From Eledone cirrhosa (taxonomy: Eukaryota), in the NCBI GenBank assembly GCA_964016885.1, contig CAXHJY010001477.1:434001-498000 (forward strand): a DNA stretch of 64,000 bases. The letters run 5' to 3'. Position 1 is the stretch's first letter. Every line of letters begins with the position of its first letter. Below the pieces are notes generated by a model. The model did no database searches, had not been told where the DNA came from, and saw only the letters and a list, made by a program, of their open reading frames with translations. Below, one piece after another: positions 40,129 to 59,700 of the stretch. A program made the position numbers and the translations under genes.

Positions 40129-41559
40129 GATGAGGATAACAAGTTAGTGGCTGAAATATCTGGCCAGATTTGTATGGATAGATGACTGGAACGTAGCTAG
40201 ATCAACTCTAGTGATTTCAGAGCAGAGTGACTTATCTCTTCAATAACTTTAAGATGAGTGAGGAGGAATGGGTGAAGAGGGAACGGGAGGTAATAGGTGG
40301 CTTAGAGATGGATAGAGATATATACACACACAAGTATAGACATACATGTGATTATATATACACACACAAGTATAGACATACATGTGAATATATATATACA
40401 CACACACACAAGTATAGACATACAGGTGAATATATATATACACACACAAGTATAGACATACATGTGAATATATACATATATACACACACAAGTATAGATA
40501 TACATGTGAATATATATACACACACAAGTATAGACATACATGTGAATATATATATATACACACACAAGTATAGACATACATGTGAATATATATATACACA
40601 CAAGTATAGACATACATGTGAATATATATATATATATACACACACAAGTATAGACATACATGTGAATATATATATATATATACACAAGTATAGACATACA
40701 TGTGAATATATATATATACACACAAGTATAGACATACATGTGAATATATATATACACACAAGTATAGACATACATGTGAATATATATATATACACACACA
40801 AGTATAGACATACATGTGAATATATATATATATATACACACACAAGTATAGACATTCATGTGAATATATATATACAGACACAAGTATAGACATACATGTG
40901 AATATATATATATATACACACACAAGTATAGATATACATGTGAATATATATATACACACAAGTATAGACATACATGTGAATATATATATACACACAAGTA
41001 TAGACATACATGTGAATATATATATATACACAAGTATAGACATACATGTGAATATATATATACACAAGTATAGACATACATGTGATTATATATATACACA
41101 CACAAGTATAGACATACATGTGAATATATATATATACACACAAGTATAGACATACATTTGAATATATATATATATATACACACACAAGTATAGACATACA
41201 TGTGAATATATATATATACACAAGTATAGACATACATGTGAATATATATATACACACAAGTATAGACATACATGTGAATATATATATACACACAAATATA
41301 GACATACATGTGAATATATATATATACACACAAGTATAGACATACATGTGAATATATATATACACACAAGTATAGACATACATGTGAATATATATATACA
41401 CACACAAGTATAGACATACATGTGAATATATATATATACACACAAGTATAGACATACATGTGAATATATATACACACACACACACAAGTATAGACATACA
41501 TGTGAATATATATATATACAAGTATAGACATACATGTGAATATATATATATACACACAA

Positions 41560-44500
41560 GTATAGACATACATGTGAATATATATATACACACACAAGTA
41601 TAGACATACATGTGATTATATATATACACACACAAGTATAGACATACATGTGAATATATATATATAAACACAAGTATACACATACATGTGAATATATATA
41701 TATACACACACAAGTATAGACATACATGTGAATATATATATACACACAAGTATAGACATACATGTGAATATATATATATACACACACAAGTATAGACATA
41801 CATGTGAATATATATATACACACAAGTATAGACATACATGTGAATATATATATATACACACAAGTATAGACATACATGTGAATATATATATACACACAAG
41901 TATAGACATACATGTGAATATAAATATATACACACACAAGTATAGACATACATGTGAATATATATATACACAAGTATAGACGTACATGTGAATATATATA
42001 TACACACAAGTATAGACATACATGTGAATATATATATATACACACAAGTATAGACATACATGTGAATATATATATATATACACACAAGTATAGACATACA
42101 TGTGAATATATATATACACAAGTATAGACATACATGTGAATATATATATACACACAAGTATAGACATACATGTGAATATAAATATATACACACACAAGTA
42201 TAGACATACATGTGAATATATATATATATACACACACAAGTATAGACATACATGTGAATATATATATATATACACACAAGTATAGACATACATGTGATTA
42301 TATATACACACACAAGTATAGACATACATATGAATATATATATATACACACACAAGTATAGACATACATGTGAATATATATATATATATATATACAAGTA
42401 TAGACATACATGTGAATATATATATATATACACAAGTATAGACATACATGTGAATATATATATACACAGAAGTATAGACATACATGTTAATATATATATA
42501 TATATACACACACAAGTATAGACATACATGTGAATATATATATATATACAGACACAAGTATAGACATATATGTGAATATATATATATATACACACAAGTA
42601 TAGACATACAAGTGAATATATATATATATACACGTATAAACATACATGTGATTATATATACACACACAAGTATAAACATACATGTGAATATATATATATA
42701 CAAGTATAGACATACATGTGAATATATATATACACACAAGTATAGACATACATGTGAATATATATATATATATACACACAAGTATAGACATACAAGTGAA
42801 TATATATATATATACAAGTATAGACATACATGTGAATATATATATATACACACAAATATACACATACATGTGAATATATATATATACACACACAAGTATA
42901 GACATACATGTGAATATATATATACACACAAGTATAGACATACATGTGAATATATATATATACACACACAAGTATAGACATACATGTGAATATATATATA
43001 CACACAAGTATAGACATACATGTGAATATATATATATATATACACACACAAGTATAGACATACATGTGAATATATATATATATACAGACACAAGTATAGA
43101 CATATATGTGAATATATATATATATACACACAAGTATAGACATACAAGTGAATATATATATATATACACGTATAAACATACATGTGATTATATATACACA
43201 CACAAGTATAAACATACATGTGAATATATATATATACAAGTATAGACATACATGTGAATATATATATATATATACACACAAGTATAGACATACAAGTGAA
43301 TATATATATATATACAAGTATAGACATACATGTGAATATATATATATACACACAAATATACACATACATGTGAATATATATATATATACACACACAAGTA
43401 TAGACATACATGTGAATATATATATACACACAAGTATAGACATACATGTGAATATATATATATATACACACAAGTATAGACATACATGTTAATATATATA
43501 TATATACACAAGTATAGACATACATGTGATTATATATACACACACAAGTATAGACATACATGTGAATATATATATACACACAAGTATAGACATACATGTG
43601 AATATATATACACACACAAGTATAGACATACATGTGATTATATATACACACACAAGTATAGACATACATGTGAATATATATATATATATACACACAAGTA
43701 TAGACATACATGTGAATATATATATATACATACACACAAGTATACACATACATGTGAATATATATATACACACAAGTATAGACATACATGTGAATATATA
43801 TATATATATACACACAAGTATAGACATACATGTGAATATATATATACACACACAAGTATAGACATACATGTGAATATATATATATACACACACAAGTATA
43901 GACATACATGTGAATATATATATACACACACAAGTATAGACATACATGTGATTATATATATACACACACAAGTATAGACATACATGTGAATATATATATA
44001 TAAACACAAGTATACACATACATGTGAATATATATATATACACACACAAGTATAGACATACATGTGAATATATATATACACACAAGTATAGACATACATG
44101 TGAATATATATATATACACACACAAGTATAGACATACATGTGAATATATATATACACACAAGTATAGACATACATGTGAATATATATATATACACACAAG
44201 TATAGACATACATGTGAATATATATATACACACAAGTATAGACATACATGTGAATATAAATATATACACACACAAGTATAGACATACATGTGAATATATA
44301 TATACACAAGTATAGACGTACATGTGAATATATATATACACACAAGTATAGACATACATGTGAATATATATATATACACACAAGTATAGACATACATGTG
44401 AATATATATATATATACACACAAGTATAGACATACATGTGAATATATATATACACAAGTATAGACATACATGTGAATATATATATACACACAAGTATAGA

Positions 44501-45300
44501 CATACATGTGAATATAAATATATACACACACAAGTATAGACATACATGTGAATATATATATATATACACACACAAGTATAGACATACATGTGAATATATA
44601 TATATATACACACAAGTATAGACATACATGTGATTATATATACACACACAAGTATAGACATACATGTGAATATATATATATACACACACAAGTATAGACA
44701 TACACGTGAATATATATATATATATATATACAAGTATAGACATACATGTGAATATATATATATATACACAAGTATAGACATACATGTGAATATATATATA
44801 CACACAAGTATAGACATACATGTTAATATATATATATATATACACACACAAGTATAGACATACATGTGAATATATATATATATACAGACACAAGTATAGA
44901 CATATATGTGAATATATATATATATACACACAAGTATAGACATACAAGTGAATATATATATATATACACGTATAAACATACATGTGATTATATATACACA
45001 CACAAGTATAAACATACATGTGAATATATATATATACAAGTATAGACATACATGTGAATATATATATACACACAAGTATAGACATACATGTGAATATATA
45101 TATATATATACACACAAGTATAGACATACAAGTGAATATATATATATATACAAGTATAGACATACATGTGAATATATATATATACACACAAATATACACA
45201 TACATGTGAATATATATATATACACACACAAGTATAGACATACATGTGAATATATATATACACACAAGTATAGACATACATGTGAATATATATATATATA
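41560..45300. repeat. 2336-bp-offset duplication within satellite B
   Basis: Identical or near-identical ORF-track entries at 41728/44064, 42294/44630 and 42612/44948; shared variants GACGTAC and CACGTATAAAC. Ends are approximate. Confidence 0.8.
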
Positions 45301-48300
45301 CACACAAGTATAGACATACATGTTAATATATATATATATACACAAGTATAGACATACATGTGATTATATATACACACACAAGTATAGACATACATGTGAA
45401 TATATATATAAACACAAGTATAGACATACATGTGAATATATATACACACACAAGTATAGACATACATGTGATTATATATACACACACAAGTATAGACATA
45501 CATGTGAATATATATATATATATACACACAAGTATAGACATACATGTGAATATATATATATACATACACACAAGTATAGACATACATGTGAATATATATA
45601 TACACACAAGTATAGACATACATGTGAATATATATATACACACACAAGTATAGACATACATGTGAATATATATATATACACACACAAGTATAGACATACA
45701 TGTGAATATATACATACACACACAAGTATAGACATACATGTGAATATATATATACACACACAAGTATAGACATACATGTGAATATATATATACACACAAG
45801 TATAGACATACATGTTAATATATATATATACACAAGTATAGACATACATGTGATTATATATACACACACAAGTATAGACATACATGTGAATATATATATA
45901 TACACACAAGTATAGACATATATTTGAATATATATATATACACACAAGTATAGACATACATGTAAATATATATATACACACAAGTATAGACATACATGTG
46001 AATATATATATACACAAAAGTATAGACATACATGTGAATATATATATATACACACACAAGTATAGACATACATGTGAATATATATATACACACAAGTATA
46101 GACATACATGTGAATATATATATACACACACAAGTATAGACATATATGTGAATATATATATATACACACAAGTATAGACATATATTTGAATATATATATA
46201 TACACACAAGTATAGACATATATTTGAATATAATATATACACACAAGTATAGACATACATGCGAATATATATATATACACACACAAGTATAGACATACAT
46301 GTGAATATATATATATATACACACACAAGTATAGACATACATGTGAATATATATATACACACACAAGTATAGACATACATGTGAATATATATATATACAC
46401 ACAAGTATAGACATACATGTGAGTATATATATATATACACACAAGTATAGACATACATGTGAATATATATATATACACACAAGTATAGACATACATGTGA
46501 ATATATATATATACAAGTATAGACATACATGTGAATATATATATACACACAAGTATAGACATACATGTGAATATATATACACACACAAGTATAGACATAC
46601 ATGTGAATATATATATATATATGCACACAAGTATAGACATACATGTGAATATATATATACACACAAGTATAGACATACATGTGAATATATATATATATAC
46701 ACACAAGTATAGACATATATGTGAATCTATATATACACACAAGTATAGACATACATGTGAATATATATACACACACAAGTATACACATACATGTGAATAT
46801 ATATATACACAAGTATAGGCATACATGTGAATATATATATATATACACACAAGTATAGACATACAAGTGAATATATATATATATACACACAAGTATAGAC
46901 ATACATGTGAATATATATATATACACACACAAGTATAGACATACATGTGAATATATATATACACACACAAGTATAGACATACATGTGAATATATATATAT
47001 ATACACAAGTATAGACATACATGTGAATATATATATATACACACACAAGTATAGACATACATGTGAATATATATATATACACAAGTATAGACATACATGT
47101 GAATATATATATATATATATATACACAAGTATAGACATACATGTGAATATATATATACACACAAGTATAGACATACATGTGAATATATATATACACACAC
47201 AAGTATAGACATACATGTGAATATATATATATACACACACACAAGTATAGACATACATGTGATTATATATATACACACACAAGTATAGACATACATGTGA
47301 ATATATATATATACACACACACAAGTATAGACATACATGTGAATATATATATATACACACAAGTATAGACATACATTTGAATATATATATATATACACAC
47401 AAGTATAGACATACATGTGATTATATACACACACACAAGTATAGACATACATGTGAATATATATATATATACACACAAGTATAGACATACATGTGAATAT
47501 ATATACACACACAAGTATACACATACATGTGAATATATATATATACACAAGTATAGGCATACATGTGAATATATATATATATACACACAAGTATAGACAT
47601 ACAAGTGAATATATATATATATACACACAAGTATAGACATACATGTGAATATATATATATACACACAAGTATAGACATACATGTGAATATATATACACAC
47701 ACAAGTATAGACATACATTTGAATATATATATATATACACACAAGTATAGACATACATGTGATTATATACACACACACAAGTATAGACTTACATGTGAAT
47801 ATATATATATATATATATACACACAAGTATAGACATACATGTGAATATATATATACACACACAAGTATAGACATACATTTGAATATATATATATACACAC
47901 AAGTATAGACATACATGTGAATATATATATACACACAAGTATAGACATACATGTGAATATATATACACACAAGTATAGACATACATGTGAATATATATAT
48001 ATACAAGTATTGACATACATGTGAATATATATATATATAAGTATAGACATACATGTGAATATATATATATATATACACACACAAGTATAGACATACATGT
48101 GAATATATATATATATACACACAAGTATAGACATACATGTGAATATATATATATATACACACAAGTATAGACATACATGTGAATATATATATATACAAGT
48201 ATAGACATACATGTGAATATATATATATATAAGTATAGACATACATGTGAATATATATATATATATACACACAAGTATAGACATACATGTGAATATATAT

Positions 48301-51300
48301 ATACACACAAGTATAGACATACATGTGAATATATATATATACACAAGTATAGACATACATGTGAATATATATATACACACAAGTATAGACATACATGTGA
48401 ATATATATACACACATAAGTATAGACATACATGTGAGTATATATATACACACAAGTATAGACATACATGTGAATATATATATATACACACACAAGTATAG
48501 ACATACATGTGAATATATATATATACACACAAGTATAGACATACATGTGAATATATATATACACACAAGTATAGAGATACATGTGAATATATATATATAT
48601 ACACACAAGTATAGACATACATGTGAATCTATATATACACACAAGTATAGACATACAAGTGAATACATATACACACACAAGTATAGAAATACATGTGAAT
48701 ATATATATATACACACAAGTATAGACATATATTTGAATATATATATATACACACAAGTATAGACATACATGCGAATATATATATACACACACAAGTATAG
48801 ACATACATGTGAATATATATATATACACACACAAGTATAGACATACATGTGAATATATATATACACACACAAGTATAGACATACATGTGATTATATATAT
48901 ACACACACAAGTATAGACATACATGTGAATATATATATATAAACACAAGTATACACATACATGTGAATATATATATATACACACACAAGTATAGACATAC
49001 ATGTGAATATATATATACACACAAGTATAGACATACATGTGAATATATATATATACACACACAAGTATAGACATACATGTGAATATATATATACACACAA
49101 GTATAGACATACATGTGAATATATATATATACACACAAGTATAGACATACATGTGAATATATATATACACACAAGTATAGACATACATGTGAATATAAAT
49201 ATATACACACACAAGTATAGACATACATGTGAATATATATATACACAAGTATAGACGTACATGTGAATATATATATACACACAAGTATAGACATACATGT
49301 GAATATATATATATACACACAAGTATAGACATACATGTGAATATATATATATATACACACAAGTATAGACATACATGTGAATATATATATACACAAGTAT
49401 AGACATACATGTGAATATATATATACACACAAGTATAGACATACATGTGAATATAAATATATACACACACAAGTATAGACATACATGTGAATATATATAT
49501 ATATACACACACAAGTATAGACATACATGTGAATATATATATATATACACACAAGTATAGACATACATGTGATTATATATACACACACAAGTATAGACAT
49601 ACATGTGAATATATATATATACACACACAAGTATAGACATACACGTGAATATATATATATATATATATACAAGTATAGACATACATGTGAATATATATAT
49701 ATATACACAAGTATAGACATACATGTGAATATATATATACACACAAGTATAGACATACATGTTAATATATATATATATATACACACACAAGTATAGACAT
49801 ACATGTGAATATATATATATATACAGACACAAGTATAGACATATATGTGAATATATATATATATACACACAAGTATAGACATACAAGTGAATATATATAT
49901 ATATACACGTATAAACATACATGTGATTATATATACACACACAAGTATAAACATACATGTGAATATATATATATACAAGTATAGACATACATGTGAATAT
50001 ATATATACACACAAGTATAGACATACATGTGAATATATATATATATATACACACAAGTATAGACATACAAGTGAATATATATATATATACAAGTATAGAC
50101 ATACATGTGAATATATATATATACACACAAATATACACATACATGTGAATATATATATATACACACACAAGTATAGACATACATGTGAATATATATATAC
50201 ACACAAGTATAGACATACATGTGAATATATATATATATACACACAAGTATAGACATACATGTTAATATATATATATATACACAAGTATAGACATACATGT
50301 GATTATATATACACACACAAGTATAGACATACATGTGAATATATATATAAACACAAGTATAGACATACATGTGAATATATATACACACACAAGTATAGAC
50401 ATACATGTGATTATATATACACACACAAGTATAGACATACATGTGAATATATATATATATATACACACAAGTATAGACATACATGTGAATATATATATAT
50501 ACATACACACAAGTATAGACATACATGTGAATATATATATACACACAAGTATAGACATACATGTGAATATATATATACACACACAAGTATAGACATACAT
50601 GTGAATATATATATATACACACACAAGTATAGACATACATGTGAATATATACATACACACACAAGTATAGACATACATGTGAATATATATATACACACAC
50701 AAGTATAGACATACATGTGAATATATATATACACACAAGTATAGACATACATGTTAATATATATATATACACAAGTATAGACATACATGTGATTATATAT
50801 ACACACACAAGTATAGACATACATGTGAATATATATATATACACACAAGTATAGACATATATTTGAATATATATATATACACACAAGTATAGACATACAT
50901 GTAAATATATATATACACACAAGTATAGACATACATGTGAATATATATATACACAAAAGTATAGACATACATGTGAATATATATATATACACACACAAGT
51001 ATAGACATACATGTGAATATATATATACACACAAGTATAGACATACATGTGAATATATATATACACACACAAGTATAGACATATATGTGAATATATATAT
51101 ATACACACAAGTATAGACATATATTTGAATATATATATATACACACAAGTATAGACATATATTTGAATATAATATATACACACAAGTATAGACATACATG
51201 CGAATATATATATATACACACACAAGTATAGACATACATGTGAATATATATATATATACACACACAAGTATAGACATACATGTGAATATATATATACACA

Positions 51301-53750
51301 CACAAGTATAGACATACATGTGAATATATATATATACACACAAGTATAGACATACATGTGAGTATATATATATATACACACAAGTATAGACATACATGTG
51401 AATATATATATATACACACAAGTATAGACATACATGTGAATATATATATATACAAGTATAGACATACATGTGAATATATATATACACACAAGTATAGACA
51501 TACATGTGAATATATATACACACACAAGTATAGACATACATGTGAATATATATATATATATGCACACAAGTATAGACATACATGTGAATATATATATACA
51601 CACAAGTATAGACATACATGTGAATATATATATATATACACACAAGTATAGACATATATGTGAATCTATATATACACACAAGTATAGACATACATGTGAA
51701 TATATATACACACACAAGTATACACATACATGTGAATATATATATACACAAGTATAGGCATACATGTGAATATATATATATATACACACAAGTATAGACA
51801 TACAAGTGAATATATATATATATACACACAAGTATAGACATACATGTGAATATATATATATACACACACAAGTATAGACATACATGTGAATATATATATA
51901 CACACACAAGTATAGACATACATGTGAATATATATATATATACACAAGTATAGACATACATGTGAATATATATATATACACACACAAGTATAGACATACA
52001 TGTGAATATATATATATACACAAGTATAGACATACATGTGAATATATATATATATATATATACACAAGTATAGACATACATGTGAATATATATATACACA
52101 CAAGTATAGACATACATGTGAATATATATATACACACACAAGTATAGACATACATGTGAATATATATATATACACACACACAAGTATAGACATACATGTG
52201 ATTATATATATACACACACAAGTATAGACATACATGTGAATATATATATATACACACACACAAGTATAGACATACATGTGAATATATATATATACACACA
52301 AGTATAGACATACATTTGAATATATATATATATACACACAAGTATAGACATACATGTGATTATATACACACACACAAGTATAGACATACATGTGAATATA
52401 TATATATATACACACAAGTATAGACATACATGTGAATATATATACACACACAAGTATACACATACATGTGAATATATATATATACACAAGTATAGGCATA
52501 CATGTGAATATATATATATATACACACAAGTATAGACATACAAGTGAATATATATATATATACACACAAGTATAGACATACATGTGAATATATATATATA
52601 CACACAAGTATAGACATACATGTGAATATATATACACACACAAGTATAGACATACATTTGAATATATATATATATACACACAAGTATAGACATACATGTG
52701 ATTATATACACACACACAAGTATAGACTTACATGTGAATATATATATATATATATATACACACAAGTATAGACATACATGTGAATATATATATACACACA
52801 CAAGTATAGACATACATTTGAATATATATATATACACACAAGTATAGACATACATGTGAATATATATATACACACAAGTATAGACATACATGTGAATATA
52901 TATACACACAAGTATAGACATACATGTGAATATATATATATACAAGTATTGACATACATGTGAATATATATATATATAAGTATAGACATACATGTGAATA
53001 TATATATATATATACACACACAAGTATAGACATACATGTGAATATATATATATATACACACAAGTATAGACATACATGTGAATATATATATATATACACA
53101 CAAGTATAGACATACATGTGAATATATATATATACAAGTATAGACATACATGTGAATATATATATATATAAGTATAGACATACATGTGAATATATATATA
53201 TATATACACACAAGTATAGACATACATGTGAATATATATATACACACAAGTATAGACATACATGTGAATATATATATATACACAAGTATAGACATACATG
53301 TGAATATATATATATACACACAAGTATAGACATACATGTGAATATATATACACACATAAGTATAGACATACATGTGAGTATATATATACACACAAGTATA
53401 GACATACATGTGAATATATATATATACACACACAAGTATAGACATACATGTGAATATATATATATACACACAAGTATAGACATACATGTGAATATATATA
53501 TACACACAAGTATAGAGATACATGTGAATATATATATATATACACACAAGTATAGACATACATGTGAATCTATATATACACACAAGTATAGACATACAAG
53601 TGAATACATATACACACACAAGTATAGAAATACATGTGAATATATATATATACACACAAGTATAGACATATATTTGAATATATATATATACACACAAGTA
53701 TAGACATACATGCGAATATATATATACACACACAAGTATAGACATACATG
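43834..53750. repeat. 4939-bp tandem duplication within satellite B
   Basis: Identical ORF-track translations offset by 4939 (44988/49927, 45472/50411, 46727/51666, 47421/52360); parity-breaking indel at 46232/51171. Confidence 0.9.
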
Positions 53751-56700
53751 TGAATATATATATATATACACACAAGTATAGACATACATGTGAATATATA
53801 TATACACACACAAGTATAGACATACATGTGAATATATATATATACACACAAGTATAGACATACATGTGAGTATATATATATATACACACAAGTATACACA
53901 TACATGTGAATATATATATATACACACAAGTATAGACATACATGTGAATATATATATATACAAGTATAGACATACATGTGAATATATATATACACACAAG
54001 TATAGACATACATGTGAATATATATATATACACACACAAGTATAGACATACATGTGAATATATATACACACACAAGTATAGACATACATGTGAATATATA
54101 TACACACACAAGTATACACATACATGTGAATATATATATACACAAGTATAGGCATACATGTGAATATATATATATATACACACAAGTATAGACATACAAG
54201 TGAATATATATATATATACACACAAGTATAGACATACATGTGAATATATATATATACACACACAAGTATAGACATACATGTGAATATATATATACACACA
54301 CAAGTATAGACATACATGTGAATATATATATACACACACAAGTATAGACATACATGTGAATATATATATATACACACACAAGTATAGACATACATGTGAA
54401 TATATATATACACACACAAGTATAGACATACATGTGAATATATATATACACACACAAGTATAGACATACATGTGAATATATATATACACACAAGTATAGA
54501 CATACATGTTAATATATATATATACACAAGTATAGACATACATGTGATTATATATACACACACAAGTATAGACATACATGTGAATATATATATATACACA
54601 CAAGTATAGACATATATTTGAATATATATATATACACACAAGTATAGACATACATGTAAATATATATATACACACAAGTATAGACATACATGTGAATATA
54701 TATATACACAAAAGTATAGACATACATGTGAATATATATATATACACACACAAGTATAGACATACATGTGAATATATATATACACACACAAGTATAGACA
54801 TATATGTGAATATATATATATACACACAAGTATAGACATATATTTGAATATATATATATACACACAAGTATAGACATATATTTGAATATAATATATACAC
54901 ACAAGTATAGACATACATGCGAATATATATATACACACACAAGTATAGACATACATGTGAATATATATATATATACACACACAAGTATAGACATACATGT
55001 GAATATATATATACACACACAAGTATAGACATACATGTGAATATATATATATACACACAAGTATAGACATACATGTGAGTATATATATATATACACACAA
55101 GTATAGACATACATGTGAATATATATATATACACACAAGTATAGACATACATGTGAATATATATATATACAAGTATAGACATACATGTGAATATATATAT
55201 ACACACAAGTATAGACATACATGTGAATATATATACACACACAAGTATAGACATACATGTGAATATATATATATATATGCACACAAGTATAGACATACAT
55301 GTGAATATATATATACACACAAGTATAGACATACATGTGAATATATATATATATATACACACAAGTATAGACATATATGTGAATCTATATATACACACAA
55401 GTATAGACATACATGTGAATATATATACACACACAAGTATACACATACATGTGAATATATATATACACAAGTATAGGCATACATGTGAATATATATATAT
55501 ATACACACAAGTATAGACATACAAGTGAATATATATATATATACACACAAGTATAGACATACATGTGAATATATATATATACACACACAAGTATAGACAT
55601 ACATGTGAATATATATATACACACACAAGTATAGACATACATGTGAATATATATATATATACACAAGTATAGACATACATGTGAATATATATATACACAC
55701 AAGTATAGACATACATGTGAATATATATATATACACACACAAGTATAGACATACATGTGAATATATATATATACACAAGTATAGACATACATGTGAATAT
55801 ATATATATATATATATACACAAGTATAGACATACATGTGAATATATATATACACACAAGTATAGACATACATGTGAATATATATATATATACACACACAA
55901 GTATAGACATACATGTGAATATATATATATACACACACACAAGTATAGACATACATGTGATTATATATATACACACACAAGTATAGACATGCATGTGAAT
56001 ATATATATATACACATACACAAGTATAGACATACATGTGAATATATATATATACACACAAGTATAGACATACATTTGAATATATATATATATACACACAA
56101 GTATAGACATACATGTGATTATATACACACACACAAGTATAGACATACATGTAAATATATATATATATACACACAAGTATAGACATACATGTGAATATAT
56201 ATACACACACAAGTATACACATACATGTGAATATATATATATACACAAGTATAGGCATACATGTGAATATATATATATATACACACAAGTATAGACATAC
56301 AAGTGAATATATATATATATACACACAAGTATAGACATACATGTGAATATATATATATACACACAAGTATAGACATACATGTGAATATATATACACACAC
56401 AAGTATAGACATACATTTGAATATATATATATATACACACAAGTATAGACATACATGTGATTATATACACACACACAAGTATAGACATACATGTGAATAT
56501 ATATATATATATACACACAAGTATAGACATACATGTGAATATATATATACACACACAAGTATAGACATACATTTGAATATATATATATACACACAAGTAT
56601 AGACATACATGTGAATATATATATACACACAAGTATAGACATACATGTGAATATATATACACACAAGTATAGACATACATGTGAATATATATATATACAA

Positions 56701-59700
56701 GTATAGACATACATGTGAATATATATATATATAAGTATAGACATACACACACATATATACACACACAAGTATACACATACATGTGAATATATATATATAC
56801 ACAAGTATAGGCATACATGTGAATATATATATATATACACACAAGTATAGACATACAAGTGAATATATATATATATACACACAAGTATAGACATACATGT
56901 GAATATATATATATACACACAAGTATAGACATACATGTGAATATATATACACACACAAGTATAGACATACATTTGAATATATATATATATACACACAAGT
57001 ATAGACATACATGTGATTATATACACACACACAAGTATAGACATACATGTGAATATATATATATATATACACACAAGTATAGACATACATGTGAATATAT
57101 ATATACACACACAAGTATAGACATACATTTGAATATATATATATACACACAAGTATAGACATACATGTGAATATATATATACACACAAGTATAGACATAC
57201 ATGTGAATATATATACACACAAGTATAGACATACATGTGAATATATATATATACAAGTATAGACATACATGTGAATATATATATATATAAGTATAGACAT
57301 ACATGTGAATATATATATATACACACACAAGTATAGACATACATGTGAATATATATATATATACACACAAGTATAGACATACATGTGAATATATATATAT
57401 ACACACAAGTATACACATACATGTGAATATATATATATACAAGTATAGACATACATGTGAATATATATATATATAAGTATAGACATACATGTGAATATAT
57501 ATATATATATACACACAAGTATAGACATACATGTGAATATATATATACACACAAGTATAGACATACATGTGAATATATATATATACACAAGTATAGACAT
57601 ACATGTGAATATATATATATACACACAAGTATAGACATACATGTGAATATATATACACACATAAGTATAGACATACATGTGAGTATATATATACACACAA
57701 GTATAGATATACATGTGAATATATATATATACACACACAAGTATAGACATACATGTGAATATATATATATACACACAAGTATAGACATACATGTGAATAT
57801 ATATATACACACAAGTATAGAGATACATGTGAATATATATATATATACACACAAGTATAGACATACATGTGAATCTATATATACACACAAGTATAGACAT
57901 ACAAGTGAATACATATACACACACAAGTATAGAAATACATGTGAATATATATATATACACACAAGTATAGACATATATTTGAATATATATATATACACAC
58001 AAGTATAGACATACATGCGAATATATATATACACACACAAGTATAGACATACATGTGAATATATATATATATACACACACAAGTATAGACATACATGTGA
58101 ATATATATATACACACACAAGTATAGACATACATGTGAATATATATATATACACACAAGTATAGACATACATGTGAGTATATATATATATACACACAAGT
58201 ATACACATACATGTGAATATATATATATACACACAAGTATAGACATACATGTGAATATATATATATACAAGTATAGACATACATGTGAATATATATATAC
58301 ACACAAGTATAGACATACATGTGAATATATATATATACACACACAAGTATAGACATACATGTGAATATATATACACACACAAGTATAGACATACATGTGA
58401 ATATATATATATATATACACACAAGTATAGACATACATGTGAATATATATATATACACACACAAGTATAGACATACATGTGAATATATATATACACACAA
58501 GTATAGACATACATGTGAATATATATATACACACACAAGTATAGACATACATGTGAATATATATATACACACAAGTATAGACATACATGTGAATATATAT
58601 ATATATATACACACAAGTATAGACATATATGTGAATCTATATATACACACAAGTATAGACATACATGTGAATATATATACACACACAAGTATACACATAC
58701 ATGTGAATATATATATACACAAGTATAGGCATACATGTGAATATATATATATATACACACAAGTATAGACATACAAGTGAATATATATATATATATACAC
58801 ACAAGTATAGACATACATGTGAATATATATATATACACACACAAGTATAGACATCCATGTGAATATATATATACACACACAAGTATAGACATACATGTGA
58901 ATATATATATATATATACACAAGTATAGACATACATGTGAATATATATATACACACAAGTATAGACATACATGTGAATATATATATATACACACACAAGT
59001 ATAGACATACATGTGAATATATATATATACACAAGTATAGACATACATGTGATTATATATATACACACACAAGTATAGACATACATGTGAATATATATAT
59101 ATACACACACACAAGTATAGACATACATGTGAATATATATATATACACACAAGTATAGACATACATTTGAATATATATATATACACACACAAGTATAGAC
59201 ATACATGTGAATATATATACACACACAAGTATAGACATACATTTGAATATATATATATATACACACAAGTATAGACATACATGTGATTATATACACACAC
59301 ACAAGTATAGACATACATGTGAATATATATATATATATACACACAAGTATAGACATACAAGTGAATATATATATACACACAAGTATAGACATACATGTGA
59401 ATATATATATACACACAAGTATAGACATACATGTGAATATATATATATACACAAGTATAGACATACATGTGAATATATATATATACACACAAGTATAGAC
59501 ATACATGTGAATATATATACACACATAAGTATAGACATACATGTGAGTATATATATACACACAAGTATAGACATACATGTGAATATATATATATACACAC
59601 ACAAGTATAGACATACATGTGAATATATATATATACACACAAGTATAGACATACATGTGAATATATATATACACACAAGTATAGAGATACATGTGAATAT

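Noticed and set aside
39756-40142. 128-aa hydrophobic minus-strand ORF (possible ORF1 or membrane protein)
   Set aside because: Its poly-F and poly-L runs come from the A21 and (TAG)7 tracts, it has a non-ATG start, and no domain is recognisable.
39770-40317. HDV-like ribozyme at the LINE 5' end (known in some RTE elements)
   Set aside because: I could not find the nested double-pseudoknot pattern by eye; a descriptor search would be needed to exclude it formally.
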